Position numbers and translations under genes: made by a program | Shown here: positions 51,253 to 64,000 of the stretch, one piece after another | Numbering within the stretch: the first letter of the stretch is position 1 | Layout of the letters: the number at the start of each line of letters is the position of its first letter | Notes under the pieces: model-generated | Told to the model about the DNA's origin: nothing | Database searches by the model: none | What the model saw: the letters and a program-made list of their open reading frames with translations, nothing else | Source: Amoebophrya sp. A120 | Taxonomy: Eukaryota > Protista > Dinoflagellata | Assembly: GCA_905178155.1 (NCBI GenBank) | Contig: CAJINV010000005.1 | Location: 8,595,591-8,659,590 of the forward strand | Length of the DNA: 64,000 nucleotides | Direction of reading: 5' to 3'

Positions 51253-51504
51253 TATCAAAAGTAAAAATGTCTGGGTCTGGAAACTTGTGATGCTGGGCGG
51301 CGTCTCATGATGAGGCTACAAATGCTGGCTCAGCATGACAAGTTTCTGAGCTCCTAGGTGTTGCCTCTTCTGCATGACAAACTGTGCTTCTGCATCACAG
51401 AAAAACGGAGCTCTTGGGTAACGTGCATGACAGATTTAAGAGTCATGCCAGACAAGCATGACAAACATGAATTCTTCCAGACCCAGACATTTTTACAGTT
51501 GATA
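51253..51504. mobile_element. Family A introner in apparently non-coding duplicated sequence
   Basis: Full TIRs with CTGCT duplication. The paralogous block near 41070-41085 has a single ctgct. Confidence 0.85.
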
Positions 51505-51996
51505 CTGCTACAGGTACTAGATAATCGGTCGTGGACGCCCCGAGGCGTGTCCACTTCCACGACCGACATAAACAAGAACATTATCTGGAAGGGGGTAGTG
51601 GAAGAAAAGACGTCATGAGTGTGAAGTAGAAGACAAAAATGAAAATAAAAAAGCTCCGAAACAGCATGACAGAAATCAAGAACACGAGCGAGGCGACAGA
51701 ATAAACGTGCGGACAAGAGGACAAGTCCCGCACTTCTACAGATTCGAGGTCTTTCATTTTTTTCACTTCTTAAACTCAAGGACAGGACAGAAAAAGGCAG
51801 CAGTCACACCAGCTGGAAAAAACTCCGCGAGTTTGTTTCCAACATCTTCTCGCATTACAAACTTGCTGTTCATCTCCGTCGTAGCAGTTGTTGTGTGGTG
51901 GAAAAGGATCTCACGTACTTCTGATGTAGTTTCTTAGAGCGTAAAAGCGAGATGAGCGTGCGTCTCCACCAGCAGTAACGATCTAGTATTAGTACA

Positions 51997-52254
51997 TATG
52001 ACTTCCTCAAACGTTACAATCTCAAACGTTACAATAGAGTCTGGAATTTGTGTTGCATGATGGGCATGACAGATTCACACAGCGTTCCATCTTTTGCAAT
52101 ACAAATTTCCCCAGATTGTAGTGGGGTTTGGAGCTCCGGAACTTGTCATGCGCAACTACCCTATGAGAGTTGGCTAGATCATGCGCTCTTGCATCACAGA
52201 TTTCCATATTCTATTGTAACGTTATTTGAGATTGTAACACCTGAGCGGGTTATA
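51997..52254. mobile_element. Introner-like element related to those at 1572 and 3832
   Basis: TAT..ATA ends, inverted repeat gttacaatctcaaa..cgttacaatag, multiple GCAT[GTC]ACA. No clear direct repeat. Confidence 0.6.
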
Positions 52255-52923
52255 GGTCGGATTTTTACTTTTTTACCACCGACGCACGAGGAACGTTTTT
52301 GGTTTCTTTTGCGTTTGATTTCCACCGCGCAGGTGGCGCAGTTCGCGTCGCGCAGAAGTTCTTTACCCATGTTGATCCGTTTTGTATTTAGGCGATGAGC
52401 CGGATGAAGATCCCTATCCAAAAATATAAGACGCGCTTCCACTTCTCGAACAAGAAGAAGAGCAGAACGCTGTCTATTTAAGGGCGATGAACGAAGTGTC
52501 TTCAGCAACGTGGTCCTCCTCGCAGCATGAAAATAAAGAAGAAAAGCTGCATAACCTTAAGCACATACCTGAACATAAAGAAGAAGAGCTGCATAATCTG
52601 AACGCGATACCTACTTTTTTTTTCCCTCGCTTTTCGATCTGACGTACGCCTTACTGAACGACCGTGAGAAGTCTTCCCCTATTATGTAGTTGGTTGTACT
52701 TGGAGTCGCACCGTGGTCGTACAAGAACTTTTCCCTATCAACATCTAGTTTGCGACATATTTAATATCGTAGTGGACGGCAGGTTTCTCGCTCTAGTACA
52801 CCAGAAGTCAGTGTAGGCGCCGGCGCCAGAACTCCTGGAAGCGTAGTTCTTGTTTCGCCTATAAGTAAATCATTCGAGCAAAGAACATCGGAAACGTAGA
52901 ATCTGACCCAGGAGAAGGAAAAA

Positions 52924-55900
52924 ATGCAGGGTTCTTGTTCCAGGCAAAAGGGTCTACTTCTACGCGAGGTTATCAAATGTAAAAATGTCTGGGTCTGGAA
53001 GGTGGGTGCAAGACATCTCATGCAGGTTCAACATAACAGATCAGGTCTGGAACGCAGGTTCTAGCATGACAGATTCTGTGAGGTCTGTATCATGCCCATT
53101 CTGCATGAGAGACTCACTCCAAAGTTTGTCAGAAATGGCCATCTTTTGGTAATCACGCAACACAGATTTTTGCATGATCCAGACTAAGCATGACAAGTTG
53201 CATTCCTCCAGACCCAGACACTTTTACATTTCATAGAGGTCCTACAACACCAAGCACAGCCGCGTCAGCTGTGTATCAAAAGGAAAAATCCCCCCACCCC
53301 ATATCGAAATGGAAATCTGTGATGCGGGATTTGTGTACACAAATCGGCTTTGTATTGCAGGAAGGCATCGCGGCCAGATCCCCTGGCTATGTAGGGGCGT
53401 ATCGGTCTAGTTGTTCGGCATGGCAAACGGCTCCCCTTTAGGCCCAACAGCATGACAAATCGCCTCCATAATGGGGGCGAAGCTTTTGCCCTTGTCTTCT
53501 TGCAAGACAGATGTGATTTTTTGTGACCTCAAATCAGCAACACAAATTTGCGGAACATGCCTTTTCGATATGGGGAGGGGGGATTTTTCCTCACCATACT
53601 GCGTAGTAGTATTTTTGCGAACTCCATTACCTTCTCTGTGGCTGTCATCGCACTGCTCTACGGAAGTGTCAGGATCTTCGAAATCGACAAAGTTCGAGTT
53701 GAAATTTTAATCTGTGACGCATAAGATGCCACGCAGAGAAGTAAGTAGAAGTGCGACCCTATGTATTGCAGACAGTACATGTACGAGGGGGGCAACCGCT
53801 TCGAGTCCCGCTGAGGGGCAGGAGTTGGACAGCTGACTACCATGACAGAATGGAGCTCCTTTGCCTTAAACAGCATGACAGATTTGCTTCCGGGGCGGGG
53901 AAAGTTTATATGTCTTGCGCCGACCACCACTATGTATAAAGTGAAAACGAGAAAAATTGGTGCTGTCGATTTTACGCATGACAAATCAACTTTGTCGATT
54001 TCGGTCCTGGCGCTTCTATATGCTCCTGCTCTCAGATTGTTCCACGACGACTAATCCCACGGCTACCCTTGCGTGGGCCCTGACCCACAAAATAACTTCT
54101 AGTCCGCGGGCTGGATCACCACTTGTCGCCGACGGGCCAAATGCTGGTCGCCGCGCCGCCCGGATACCGGGCACCTTATGCAATACAAATTTCCCGTACA
54201 TGTACAACATGCATCACAAATTTCAAAAATTTGGAGCGTACTAAAACCTGTCATGCTAAACTAGGATCGAAGCCAAGTTTTGTCATGCAGAGACCGCATT
54301 TGTACGTCGTGTGCGGGAAATTTACTGTGGATACACGTTTGCTGCGTGGCATTCAGATCCAGAAGACCTACCTGGCGTACAGCGTGCCAGGTTCTCGCAC
54401 GTACCGTGTGCAAAAGTATCGTACTCGTATAAGTGCAAGTCTTGCATCACAAATCTTGTTCCCAAGCCAAAGCAGCATTACAAATTTTATTTCTCATGCT
54501 GAGGAAATCGAAATTTGTAATGCACTTATACGAGTACGATACTTTTGCATTTTAAAGCACGGTAGTCACAATAACTTTCCCCCGCAGTACGCACCTGTGA
54601 CGCGCGAGGACCTCCGCCAGGGCCCACCCCCCCCTGCTGGCGGTGGAGGAGGAGCATTCCTGGGCCAGTTTTCCTTTCTCGGGGGCCTCGCGGGCCGCGA
54701 CAGCAACAGCGACCATGTAGTGCCGATTCCGTCTTTGCAAGAAGCCCAAACCGCCCCGCCGACCACTCAGTTGTACTACGATGCAAATGCGGGGGGCCCG
54801 CCCCCCGGGAGTCGTGTAGAAGCAGTAGAGCCGCGAATATCCACGAAAAAACACCCATCCCCATCCATTTTTCGCATGACAAATACGTGGAATTTATGCA
54901 TGTTTTGCATGACAAATTGGATGGGGATGGGTGTTTCTTCCTGGATAGCGAACCATATTCCCAGGGTTCGCGGCGGCGGGTGGAGAGTATGAACTGCAAA
55001 AGTATCGTACTCGTATAAATGCATGACAAATTCCCTCAGCATGAGAAATGAAATTTGTAATGGGAATTTACCTTGAGAAAAAAATTTGTAATGCATGACT
55101 GTAATACGAGTGCGATACTTTTGCACAGGATAGAGAGGAGCCACAGACCATCCTGCCACCGCATCTGCAGCATATCAAGTGCAAATATGTCTGGGCCGGG
55201 AAGATTGCCAGCAGGTTTGTGATGCAGATTTTGCAGGACCCATGATGCCTGTGATACATGCCCTAGCATCACAGTTTTTTGGAGGGCTTCCCGATGCACA
55301 TTCCGCATGAGAAATGCCCTCACCACGTAGCACAAACTGGACTCCTTTTGCACTTGCTGGTCATGCAATACAATTTTTTTCAGAATCCAAAGACAACATC
55401 ACAAGTTGCAATCTTTCAGACCCAGACATATTTGCAATGCATGCAGCACTTACGTGACCAACAGCAGCAAATGCAGATCGCTCAGGCACCAGCTGGTGGG
55501 CGTTATGATCCTTCTTCTCCAACCTACTCGTCGTCGTCCCCCAGCACTACCGCTGCGGGCGCAGCTATGGATGTGTCAAAGTTGAAATCGACAAAGTTGA
55601 ACAAATAACTTGTAATGCATAAAGTCGATACCAGTTGCAAGCCCAATCTCTAAGCGGCGCATGACAAATTTGAGTAGAGCCGAAATCCGGTCTGTAATGC
55701 TAATGCTGCTTGGGTAAGGGAGACGCCTTTTGTCGTGCTACTTTAGCAGCTCTATTTCTACCCCGAAACAGGCTTACAATCTGCCTCCCTCGCCTACTCT
55801 GCAATACAGGCACTTTCTGCGTTGCATTTTATGCATGACAAACTTTTTTCAACTTTGACGATTTCAATCCTGACAGCTCCATAGCAGCTCTGAGCCAGTT

Positions 55901-58900
55901 GTGGAAACGGTGCTGCGGAACGAACATGCAAGCGCTATCCTGTGTAAAAACTTCCCCACACCATAGTTGTCATGCAAATCCGCATGCTTAAAATGTTTCT
56001 CATTCGGAGCCCCATGAGAAGCATTTTCTAATGCTGTCTTGAAATTTGTCATGCTCCAATCAGCATGAGATACTAGATCTGTAATGCTGCTGAACTAGTT
56101 CAAACAGCACGAGACTACGCGTCCAAATTTGTCATGCGAAACAGCCAAAGCTTGTGGATTTGTCTAGCCGATTCTCCATCTTGACTATGGGGTGGGGACG
56201 TTTTTACATAGGATAAGCGCAACACACCCAGGACTTCTCCGCCCGACCAGGGCCACCTGCAACGGAGTTTCACCAACTCCACGTGGACGACCCACGCCTC
56301 CGCGGTCCTCGTCCGGGCGGGTCGGTAACCATAGCAGCGGCCCGGGCAGCTGCGGCCCGGGTGGCTGCGGCCCAGGCGGCGGGCAACATGCAGGTTTTCG
56401 ATCCCTCGGTAGGACCTTTACAAGGAGCAGACCCAAGTAGTAATATGACCCGGGCTCTTATCCAGGAAAAAAAATGTGTAAGTGTAAGTTTGTAGGTTGA
56501 ACAGCATCACAAATTCGTTTTTGCACTACAGGGAACAAAACCTGTCATGCGCAGCTAGTAAGTGGAAACACGTACTATGATAGTAGTCTATGACGCACTT
56601 CCAGCATAACAAGTGTGACTGTTTTGCATTTTCTGCATCACAGATTTACACTTAGACAGTTTTTTTCTTGCATAGCTCTGTCGCCGGAGGAGCATCAGTA
56701 TTTGCTTCTCACGAACGACGCGTATGCGGACCGGCTATACAGTGCAAAAATATCGTGTTCGTTGTATTGCAATCATGCATTACAAATCTTTTTCTTGAGG
56801 TAGATCAGCACTACAAATTTCATTTCTCACGCTGAGGAGATTTGTAATGCATTTTTTTATACGAGTGTGATAGTGATGCTTTTGCATTGCATAACAGCAT
56901 TACAAAAGCAAGTACTCCGTGTTCTTCGGGGGCGGTATGCTGTGCGGCCTGGCCACGTATCATTTGTAAAAACGTCCCCACCCCAGAGTCAAGATGAGGA
57001 TTTTGCAGCACAAACCTTCAAGTTTTGGGAGCCACACATGACAAGCTCCAGGCTGTAGTGTATGACAGTTTAATAGCAAGGAAGTCGCATAACAAATCCA
57101 TCTCCTTATCCTGTTTACAGCATTACAAGTTCCAAAACACCATGGGAAATGCCTCTCATGGGGATGCGCATTACACATGCTCTTGGTCTTGTGCTTGCAG
57201 ATCTGCATGACAACTCTGGGGTGGGGATGTTTTTACACAGGATACCACGGTCGCGGGCATCATCTGGGCGGCGACCATGGAGCCGGACTTGCGGCCCTTC
57301 TGTATCCTAAGTCAAAACGGGACCCACACCCCATAGTCAATCAGTTGGGAAATCTGCTAGACAAATCTACAGCCTTTGGTTGTTGCGCATGACAAATTTG
57401 GGCTCGACGCAATGTAGAAGTCCTGTGTAGCTGCTAGAGAAGCAGCATCACAGATCTACGAAATCATGCAGATTCGAGCATCGCAAATCTTAAAAAACCA
57501 CGATAAAAAACTTCTCATGGGGCTCCGCATGGAAAACATTTTAAGCATTCAGGCTTGCATGACAAGTATGGGGTGAGCACGCTATTACACAGCATATTCT
57601 GTCCAGTCTCGCTCAATCCGGAGTACAAGTCGCTCTTTCGCCATCCGCACCGGTGCCTGGTGTTGCCGGAAGCGGTTGCAGACTCGTGGTACACCAGCAG
57701 ACTGCTGCAGTTATCAAGTGCAGAAGTATCGTACTAGTAGTAATTGCAATACAAATTACTTCAGCATGACAGAGGAAATTTGGCATGCGGGTTTTTTACC
57801 ATAAAAAAGCAATTTGTAATGCATGACTGCGATTACTACGAGGGAGTACGATACTTTTCCATGTGATAGCAGTCCATCGACACTTATTCCGACGCGTATA
57901 GCGACTCCTTTTGGAATATCCTGTGTAAAAACGTCCCCATACCAGAGTCAAGATGGGAAATCTGCTAGACAAATCAACCAGGTTTGGTTGCTTCGCATGA
58001 CAAATTTGTCCTCGTAGTGCAATCCTGCTTAAGTAGCTTAGCAACATCACAGATCTAGCGCATCATGCTGATTCTAGCATCACAAGTTCCACGACACGAC
58101 TAGAAAACGCCTGTCATGTTGGGGCTCCGCGTGAGAAACTTTTTCGGCATGCAGATTTGCATGACAACTCCGGTGTGGGGACATTTATCGTCAGGATATA
58201 GAAAAACACGCTGCCGGAGAAGGAGAAAATCTACGAACTGATTCGGGACCTTCGCGACAACAACATCAACGAGAATCTGAATCTGGATGTGATCCAAAGC
58301 ATCTTGGTGAAAGCCGAAGAGGATCAGCAGGCCGTGGGAGTGCAACTCGTAGCATCTCCTTCATCGTCTTCGCCAAGCAACCCCGTCATGGCCACCGCGC
58401 CGGCACTACGCTTGTTGTCATTGTCGCCCTCGTGGCCCAGTGCCGGCCTTCGCGTCGTGCCAACATCCTCCGCATCTTCAGGCTCAAGCAGCGCCAGCGC
58501 CGGTTCTACTGCAACTAGAGCTACCCTTTCGTCTTCCGTAAAGGGTGGGGTCGCATTGACCCCCCCGAAGCAGCCGATCTTGGCCCGTTCCCTGACCACG
58601 CAGGACCCGAATCCACCGATCGCGCTACCGACATTAGCACAACAACAGGAAGTTGTAGAACAGCCTGGACAAGGAACCGTGATGGGCTCCTTGCCCAGCA
58701 GCACGGCCGACGGCGACGTCACAGGTGGATCTGCAGTTGTAGCCGCCAGTCCGCTTAGAAGTGCCTTGGCTGCTGGTGCAGTTCATCCGGGCGGCAGGAC
58801 AGCTGCTATCGGGGATGCCACGCCCCCCTTGCTGCAGACTGCGGGTATGCATTGCAAAAGCATCGTACTAGTATAAATCGCATGACAAATCTCCTCAGCA

Positions 58901-61900
58901 TGAGAAATAGAATTTGTAATGCGGATTCAAGTTGAGGAAGAAATTTGTAATGCAGGACTGCAATTACTACGAGTACGATACTTTTGCACAGGATAGCGGG
59001 CAACCCGGCACAAAACACGCTCCCCGTGATGAATTTGCCGCAAATGCTAATCTATCGAATGCAAATAGGGTCGTCTGGAAAGAATGAGATTTGTGATGCT
59101 AGCATTCGATCACGCAAAAATCTGTGTTGCAAGAGAGGCAACAGACACTGCTCAGACTGTTGCCACCCGGAGATGGCATTATTTCTCATGCAGTTTAGGC
59201 ATAAGGAGAAGCAAACCTATGCGAAGGCTGTGATGCTAGAGCATGCGTCAGAGGCATCGGGAGCCATGTACAATTTGCATCACAAAAATGTTCCAGACCC
59301 AGACATGTTTGCACTGGATACGATGAACGAACTCGTTCTGGACAAGATCACGCTCGATCTGTGGTATGCGACTCTGAGCTATGCATTGCAAACATGTCTG
59401 GGTCTGGATTTGTGATGTGGGACTCAAAGGGCGATAAGATCTGTAATGCACGACGAACGCGATTGGTCAGGTTTTTTGTAAAATGTTAAATGCGAATGAA
59501 TCCACAAGAGCTTTAGAGAAACTTCTCATGCTGTTATACCGCACAGACATGAAGCTGCAGCCAGTCTGTAACTAATGCAGGTATCAGCAACACAAGTTTC
59601 CAGATGACACAGATCGGTATTTGCAATGCACATGAGCGAGCGGCTGTCGGCTCCACCGGAGTACGAGAAGCTACATGACGGCGAGAAAACCCAAATTCCG
59701 GACGACCTTGCGCAAGAGGTAGGGACTGCAAAAGTATCGTACTAGTAGAGCTCGCGTGACACATTTCCTCTGCATGAGAAATGAAATCTGTAGTGCGGAT
59801 GTAACTGAAGAAATAGATTTGTAATGCGGGAATGCGATTCTTAGTACGATTGCGATTCTCTTGCAATGCATAAGAGGTGCTGTATGGCGAGAACGCGGAG
59901 GCGGAATACTGGATGCAGGAGCTTCTCACCAAAGCCCTCGTATGCATTGCAAATATCGATCTGGGTCTGGAGACAACTTGTCATGCTAATGTCCGAATGA
60001 TAGTACGTCGCAAACTGCATTGCGGAGCCGCGCATGACAACTTTCTGGGTGGGGGCTACGTGTAGCGTTAAGCGTACCATCACAAATTGCCTTTTTGCAT
60101 GACAAACAAGTGGCATTGTAGACTAGCGCAACAAGCATGACAGACTTTTCTGCATTGTCGGCCGAGCATGACAAACGTGCACTCCTCCAGTGATGACCCA
60201 GACAAATTTGCACTGGATACCTCGACGAGTCTTTTGACTCGCGGGCGTCCACCACCAGCAGTGCAGCCACAGTGAGCTCCGAGAAAGCTTTTGACATCCT
60301 GAAGAAGTCCATGCTGGCCGTATCCTGAGGGAAAATGTCCCCGCCCCAGAGTTGTCATGCAAATCTGCATGCTCAAAATTTTGTCATGCGGACTGGTTGG
60401 TACTTTTCTTGGGGCGACTTGCCGTGGTAGCGCTCGCCTTTTGTATGATGAGGTCGCCGAAAGTGCTTCCTCGCCCACCCCCCGGGGAGGGGATCCTTGA
60501 CCTGTGCCGCTGGGAGCGGGTGTCCACTACATTATGATGATGATGATGATGATGCGGAGCCCCATAAGAAGCATTTTCTAGTCGTGTTTCGGAATCTGTC
60601 ATGCTCCAACCGCCATGATATGCTAGAGCTGCGATGCTGTTGAACTAGCTAAGTAAACAGGATTACACTACGAGACCAAACTTGTCATGCGCTACAACCA
60701 AAGCTGGTAGATTTGTGTAGCAGATTTCACATCTTGACCCTGGGGTGAGGACGTTTCTACTTAGGATAGGCCACTAAACCAGGCAGTGATGTTGACCAAC
60801 AACCACCCCCGCAGAAACTTCGTTTCCTTCTCTACTGGCTGTTTCACGGAGAGACATCCTGGCCGAGAGGAGGATCGTCTGGTGGATCCAGTAGCGAAGC
60901 GGGACAGCAAACTCCTGCTCCGTCGGCTGACGGAGCAGCCGGGGGAACTACAACGAGTGACGAGGAAAAATGCGACTGGTCCAAGTTGCTTGACAACCAC
61001 TGGGTGAGTACGCAAGCGTGGTACCACGAGGAGCGCATGTTCAACCGGTGCTATGAAAATTTGCTGGACAAGTTGGGCAACCACTTCCGCCTCACGAACG
61101 AACTGGAATACGAAACCGAGAAAACCATCCCAGCAAGAAGCGCAAGCACAAGCGGAGCAGGCCAGCTGGCGTCTTCAGAAGGGGCGAAGCACACCGTCCG
61201 TGTGCGCAACTCGCAGCACCACATATCACAACAGAAAATCTCCCCTGCCCATATCGAAACGGAAATCTGTGGTGCGGGATTTGTGTACACAAATCGGCTT
61301 TGTCATGTAGTAGAGGACTGCAGGCAGATACAAAGCCGGAGCAGGGGCGTTTTGGTGTAGGCACCTAGCAAGGCAGGCATATCCTCCGTAGGCCCTACAG
61401 CATTACAAATTGCCTGCAGGACGCGGCGAGGTTTTTGGGTTTGCCTGCTTGCAATACAGAGAAGATTTGTGGTCTCAAATCAGCATCACAATTTTCAGAA
61501 GTGCCCCGGTTTGGTATGGGGAGGGAGGATTTTTCCCCACAATACCACATCTCGCCGACCATGATCGCCTGGGCATTGACGGGTGGTGACATCTCCGCGA
61601 AATTTCAGCAAATCGACGTGGAGGCCCGGTTGAAATCCGTTTTTCGTGTGTACCAGCAGGCGGAACAAGGCACAGAAAAAACGGGCCAAAAACTGTTCAA
61701 CTCAGTCTTTCTAGCGTTTCCGAAAGCCGCAGGCGGCGATCCGATGTTTTTTGGCACCTACGACGATGGGAAATGGTACATCAGTTGATGACGCACCACT
61801 AAACACTTGTTTTTCCGTGCGTAGTTTCTTGCTCCGCATGACAAACTTGTGCCTCTAAGCGGATTTATGCATGACAGTTTCCATTTTCATATTACACCTA

Positions 61901-62780
61901 AATCAATACAGCTTCGTCTTCTACACGAAAGTGGAGTCGATTCATTTCGTGAAAGATGAAGAGAAGGACACCCCGCTATCCACAGAGACCCATCCCCATG
62001 CCCATTCATTTTTTGCATGACAAACAGTGGACTTTATGCATATTTTGCATGGCAAATTGGATGAGGATGGGCGTTTTTTCCTGGATACCCGGCGATGAAG
62101 CACTATGAGGAGTTCACCCACGGTAGCCACGACTATGCCTTGCAAAAATTGACACTGTCGCTGTATCGTGCGCAGTACTATCATGGTGGTAGATCGAGAG
62201 ATGATGGCACATCTACTTAACTTAGTACAAGAAAAAGAAAAACGCGCAAATGTTGAAAGTCGATCATGCCGTTCGGAAAATACATGCTAGAACCTACCTA
62301 TTCACACGCCACAGGCATCTTCTTCTATGCTGATATAAGAACTTTCTCGATCTTCTTGTATACATAGACCAATGCGTCGATACAACTTTTGCCTCTCCTC
62401 GTCATAGCCTACTCCTGACCACGATCGGGCTGGAAATGGGGCCAGCATCAGCAAGCGAGCAGGCTCCCGCAGAGACGACCTTTGCCGACCGCTGGACCGT
62501 GTATACAATCGCGCCGCAACCGGAGAAGAAGCAAGGAGCCGCGCCTTCAAACACGATGCCCGCAGTCGTGGACGCGGCCGGCAGAAACGATCTCGCACCC
62601 CCACTACAGTCCAGCGGACAAGAAGAGGATCCCGTGATAGGTGTAGCAACCGCAGCGAGAGTGGCGCAAGCGGTGGGCCGCGACGATGCTGGATCGGCGG
62701 CATCGGCTGCGCAGGTTTTCGCGACCCCTTCCTCATCGTCACAAATGCCAACGTTGCCGCACCACGGACCGATGGGGTAG
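52924..62780 (+). CDS. Large hypothetical protein with an N-terminal hydrophobic (signal-like) segment; about 25 introner introns
   Basis: Short exons join across TAT..ATA elements (e.g. 52971-53236 GAGGT, 55566-55883 GCAGC, 54838-54948). N-terminal SIFANSITFSVAVIALLLLS. Globular-looking exons (EKIYELIRDLRD, AEYWMQELLTKAL, WYHEERMFNRCYENLLDKL). No domain recognised. Not every junction was verified. Confidence 0.62.
60393..60551 (+). mobile_element. Short retroposon-like insert nested in an introner
   Basis: ATGCGGA duplicated at 60386-60392 and 60552-60558. 3' (ATG)n tail. Absent from the same-family intron at about 55936-56215. Confidence 0.72.
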
Positions 62781-63496
62781 AGAGCGTCGTGTTGGAACCG
62801 AGAAAGACGAAAATCATGACTTTTTTGAGAATAAGGGCTTGAAAATATTACGTTTTGCGACTGACCCTTCCGGTATTGGTATATTAGGCACATTTTTGAA
62901 CCAGAACCATAATTGCTCATCTGGCAGTGCTACTGCTGCTTGTCTTTCTTCATTCTCAAAAGCAACTTTTATTCTGCGAAAATTGCAGCCCTGCTTCTTG
63001 TGCTACCAGTTTTGGTCAACACCTCTTTTGCGGTTTGCAAGCAAATGCGAAATAGAGAATAAAGATCGACATCGAATGAATGGAAGTTTTTGTTTGGAAT
63101 AGTTTCAACCAAATATTTCGATTACCACCACCTGTTTGCCCACACGAGAAGAGAAATTCTATCCGACGAAAATGACATGAACGAAGGAGAATTCATGCCT
63201 GGTGAGAGAAAATCCAATACGAAAAATCACAATCACGATTGCATCGAAGGAAAATAAACACATTTTTGATGTGGTGTTTGATGAATTTGAATCCTGAGCA
63301 ATCGAATAAAATATCAGTCAAACCTTGACGAGAACATATCGCACACGATATTCCGATCCATCTCGATCAGAAAGAGTCGGCTTTTCACACCCATATTGGA
63401 ATCAATCAACATATGAATCTTCAGAATCTGGATGGAATGGGAAAATTGAAAATTGATAGACTCTGTTCCGATTTCTCTAGTTGATTTCTCTATATC

Positions 63497-63990
63497 GATA
63501 TTTCGAATGATAGGATTGATTTTTTTCGAATTTGTGTCATCCATACATCGAATGATTGATGGAGGATTTTTCTATATCGATATTTTCTTTCTTTCTTTCT
63601 TTCCATGTCCGGGCATGGCTTCAAATGTTCAAGGCCCTAAAGAATCCTCTTCATCCATTTTCAACCTGCTCTCTTGATCATCAATTTCCTGCTGCGAGAA
63701 TATATAAGCACCTGAGAATAAACATAAAAATAAAAATAGATCCGAAAAAAAGATTTCGATTGATCTCTGGGTGTGTGTGAAAAGAATTACAATAGCTTTT
63801 TCGGGTCTGGTGAAGATCTAACTCTCCTACAAAATTCGATTTCTTTTGTTAGTGTTCTCTTCTTCTGAATTTCAAATGCAAAAGTGTCTTCTGGATTTCA
63901 AATGTAAGAGTGTCTTCTGATATTTCGAATGATAGGATTGATTTTTTTCGAATTTGTGTCATCCATATATCGAATGATTGATGGAGATTT
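63497..63990. repeat. AT-rich region with an ~68-bp direct repeat about 420 bp apart
   Basis: gatatttcgaatgataggattgatttttttcgaatttgtgtcatccata(c/t)atcgaatgattgatggag near 63497 and 63919. Confidence 0.8.
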
Positions 63991-64000
63991 CAGAAATGTA

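Noticed and set aside
379-62920. Many short ORFs with recurring peptides such as FQTQTFL, CAKVSYSY, FDPDT and FVM
   Set aside because: They are translations of introner TIRs and octamers, not a protein family.

Overview
Eukaryotic nuclear DNA, most likely from a parasitic dinoflagellate of the Amoebophrya (Syndiniales) type; this is inferred from the intron architecture, not from a database hit. Most genes are broken by 110-330 bp non-canonical introns that start TAT, end ATA, carry terminal inverted repeats (TIRs) and are flanked by 5-bp direct repeats (introners). There are roughly 60, in at least 7 families, all sharing an internal GCAT[GTC]ACA octamer. Removing each element plus one repeat copy rebuilds a CobW/ZNG1-type GTPase (<1-2800), a TupA-like ATP-grasp protein (3609-8886), SPEF1 (24973-28478), two paralogous secreted coiled-coil proteins (31052-39080 disrupted; 42881-45655) and a large unknown signal-peptide gene (52924-62780). 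There is also an intronless signal-peptide + CaaX protein (21113-22042). A full-length but decayed Ty1/copia element (10110-18771, minus strand, ATTAG target-site duplication) holds two related GC-rich TIR insertions. Also present: a long-TIR non-autonomous element, a 281-bp palindromic satellite, and several insertions flanked by unusually long (17-45 bp) direct repeats. Exon boundaries were worked out by hand and are ambiguous within the 5-bp repeats.
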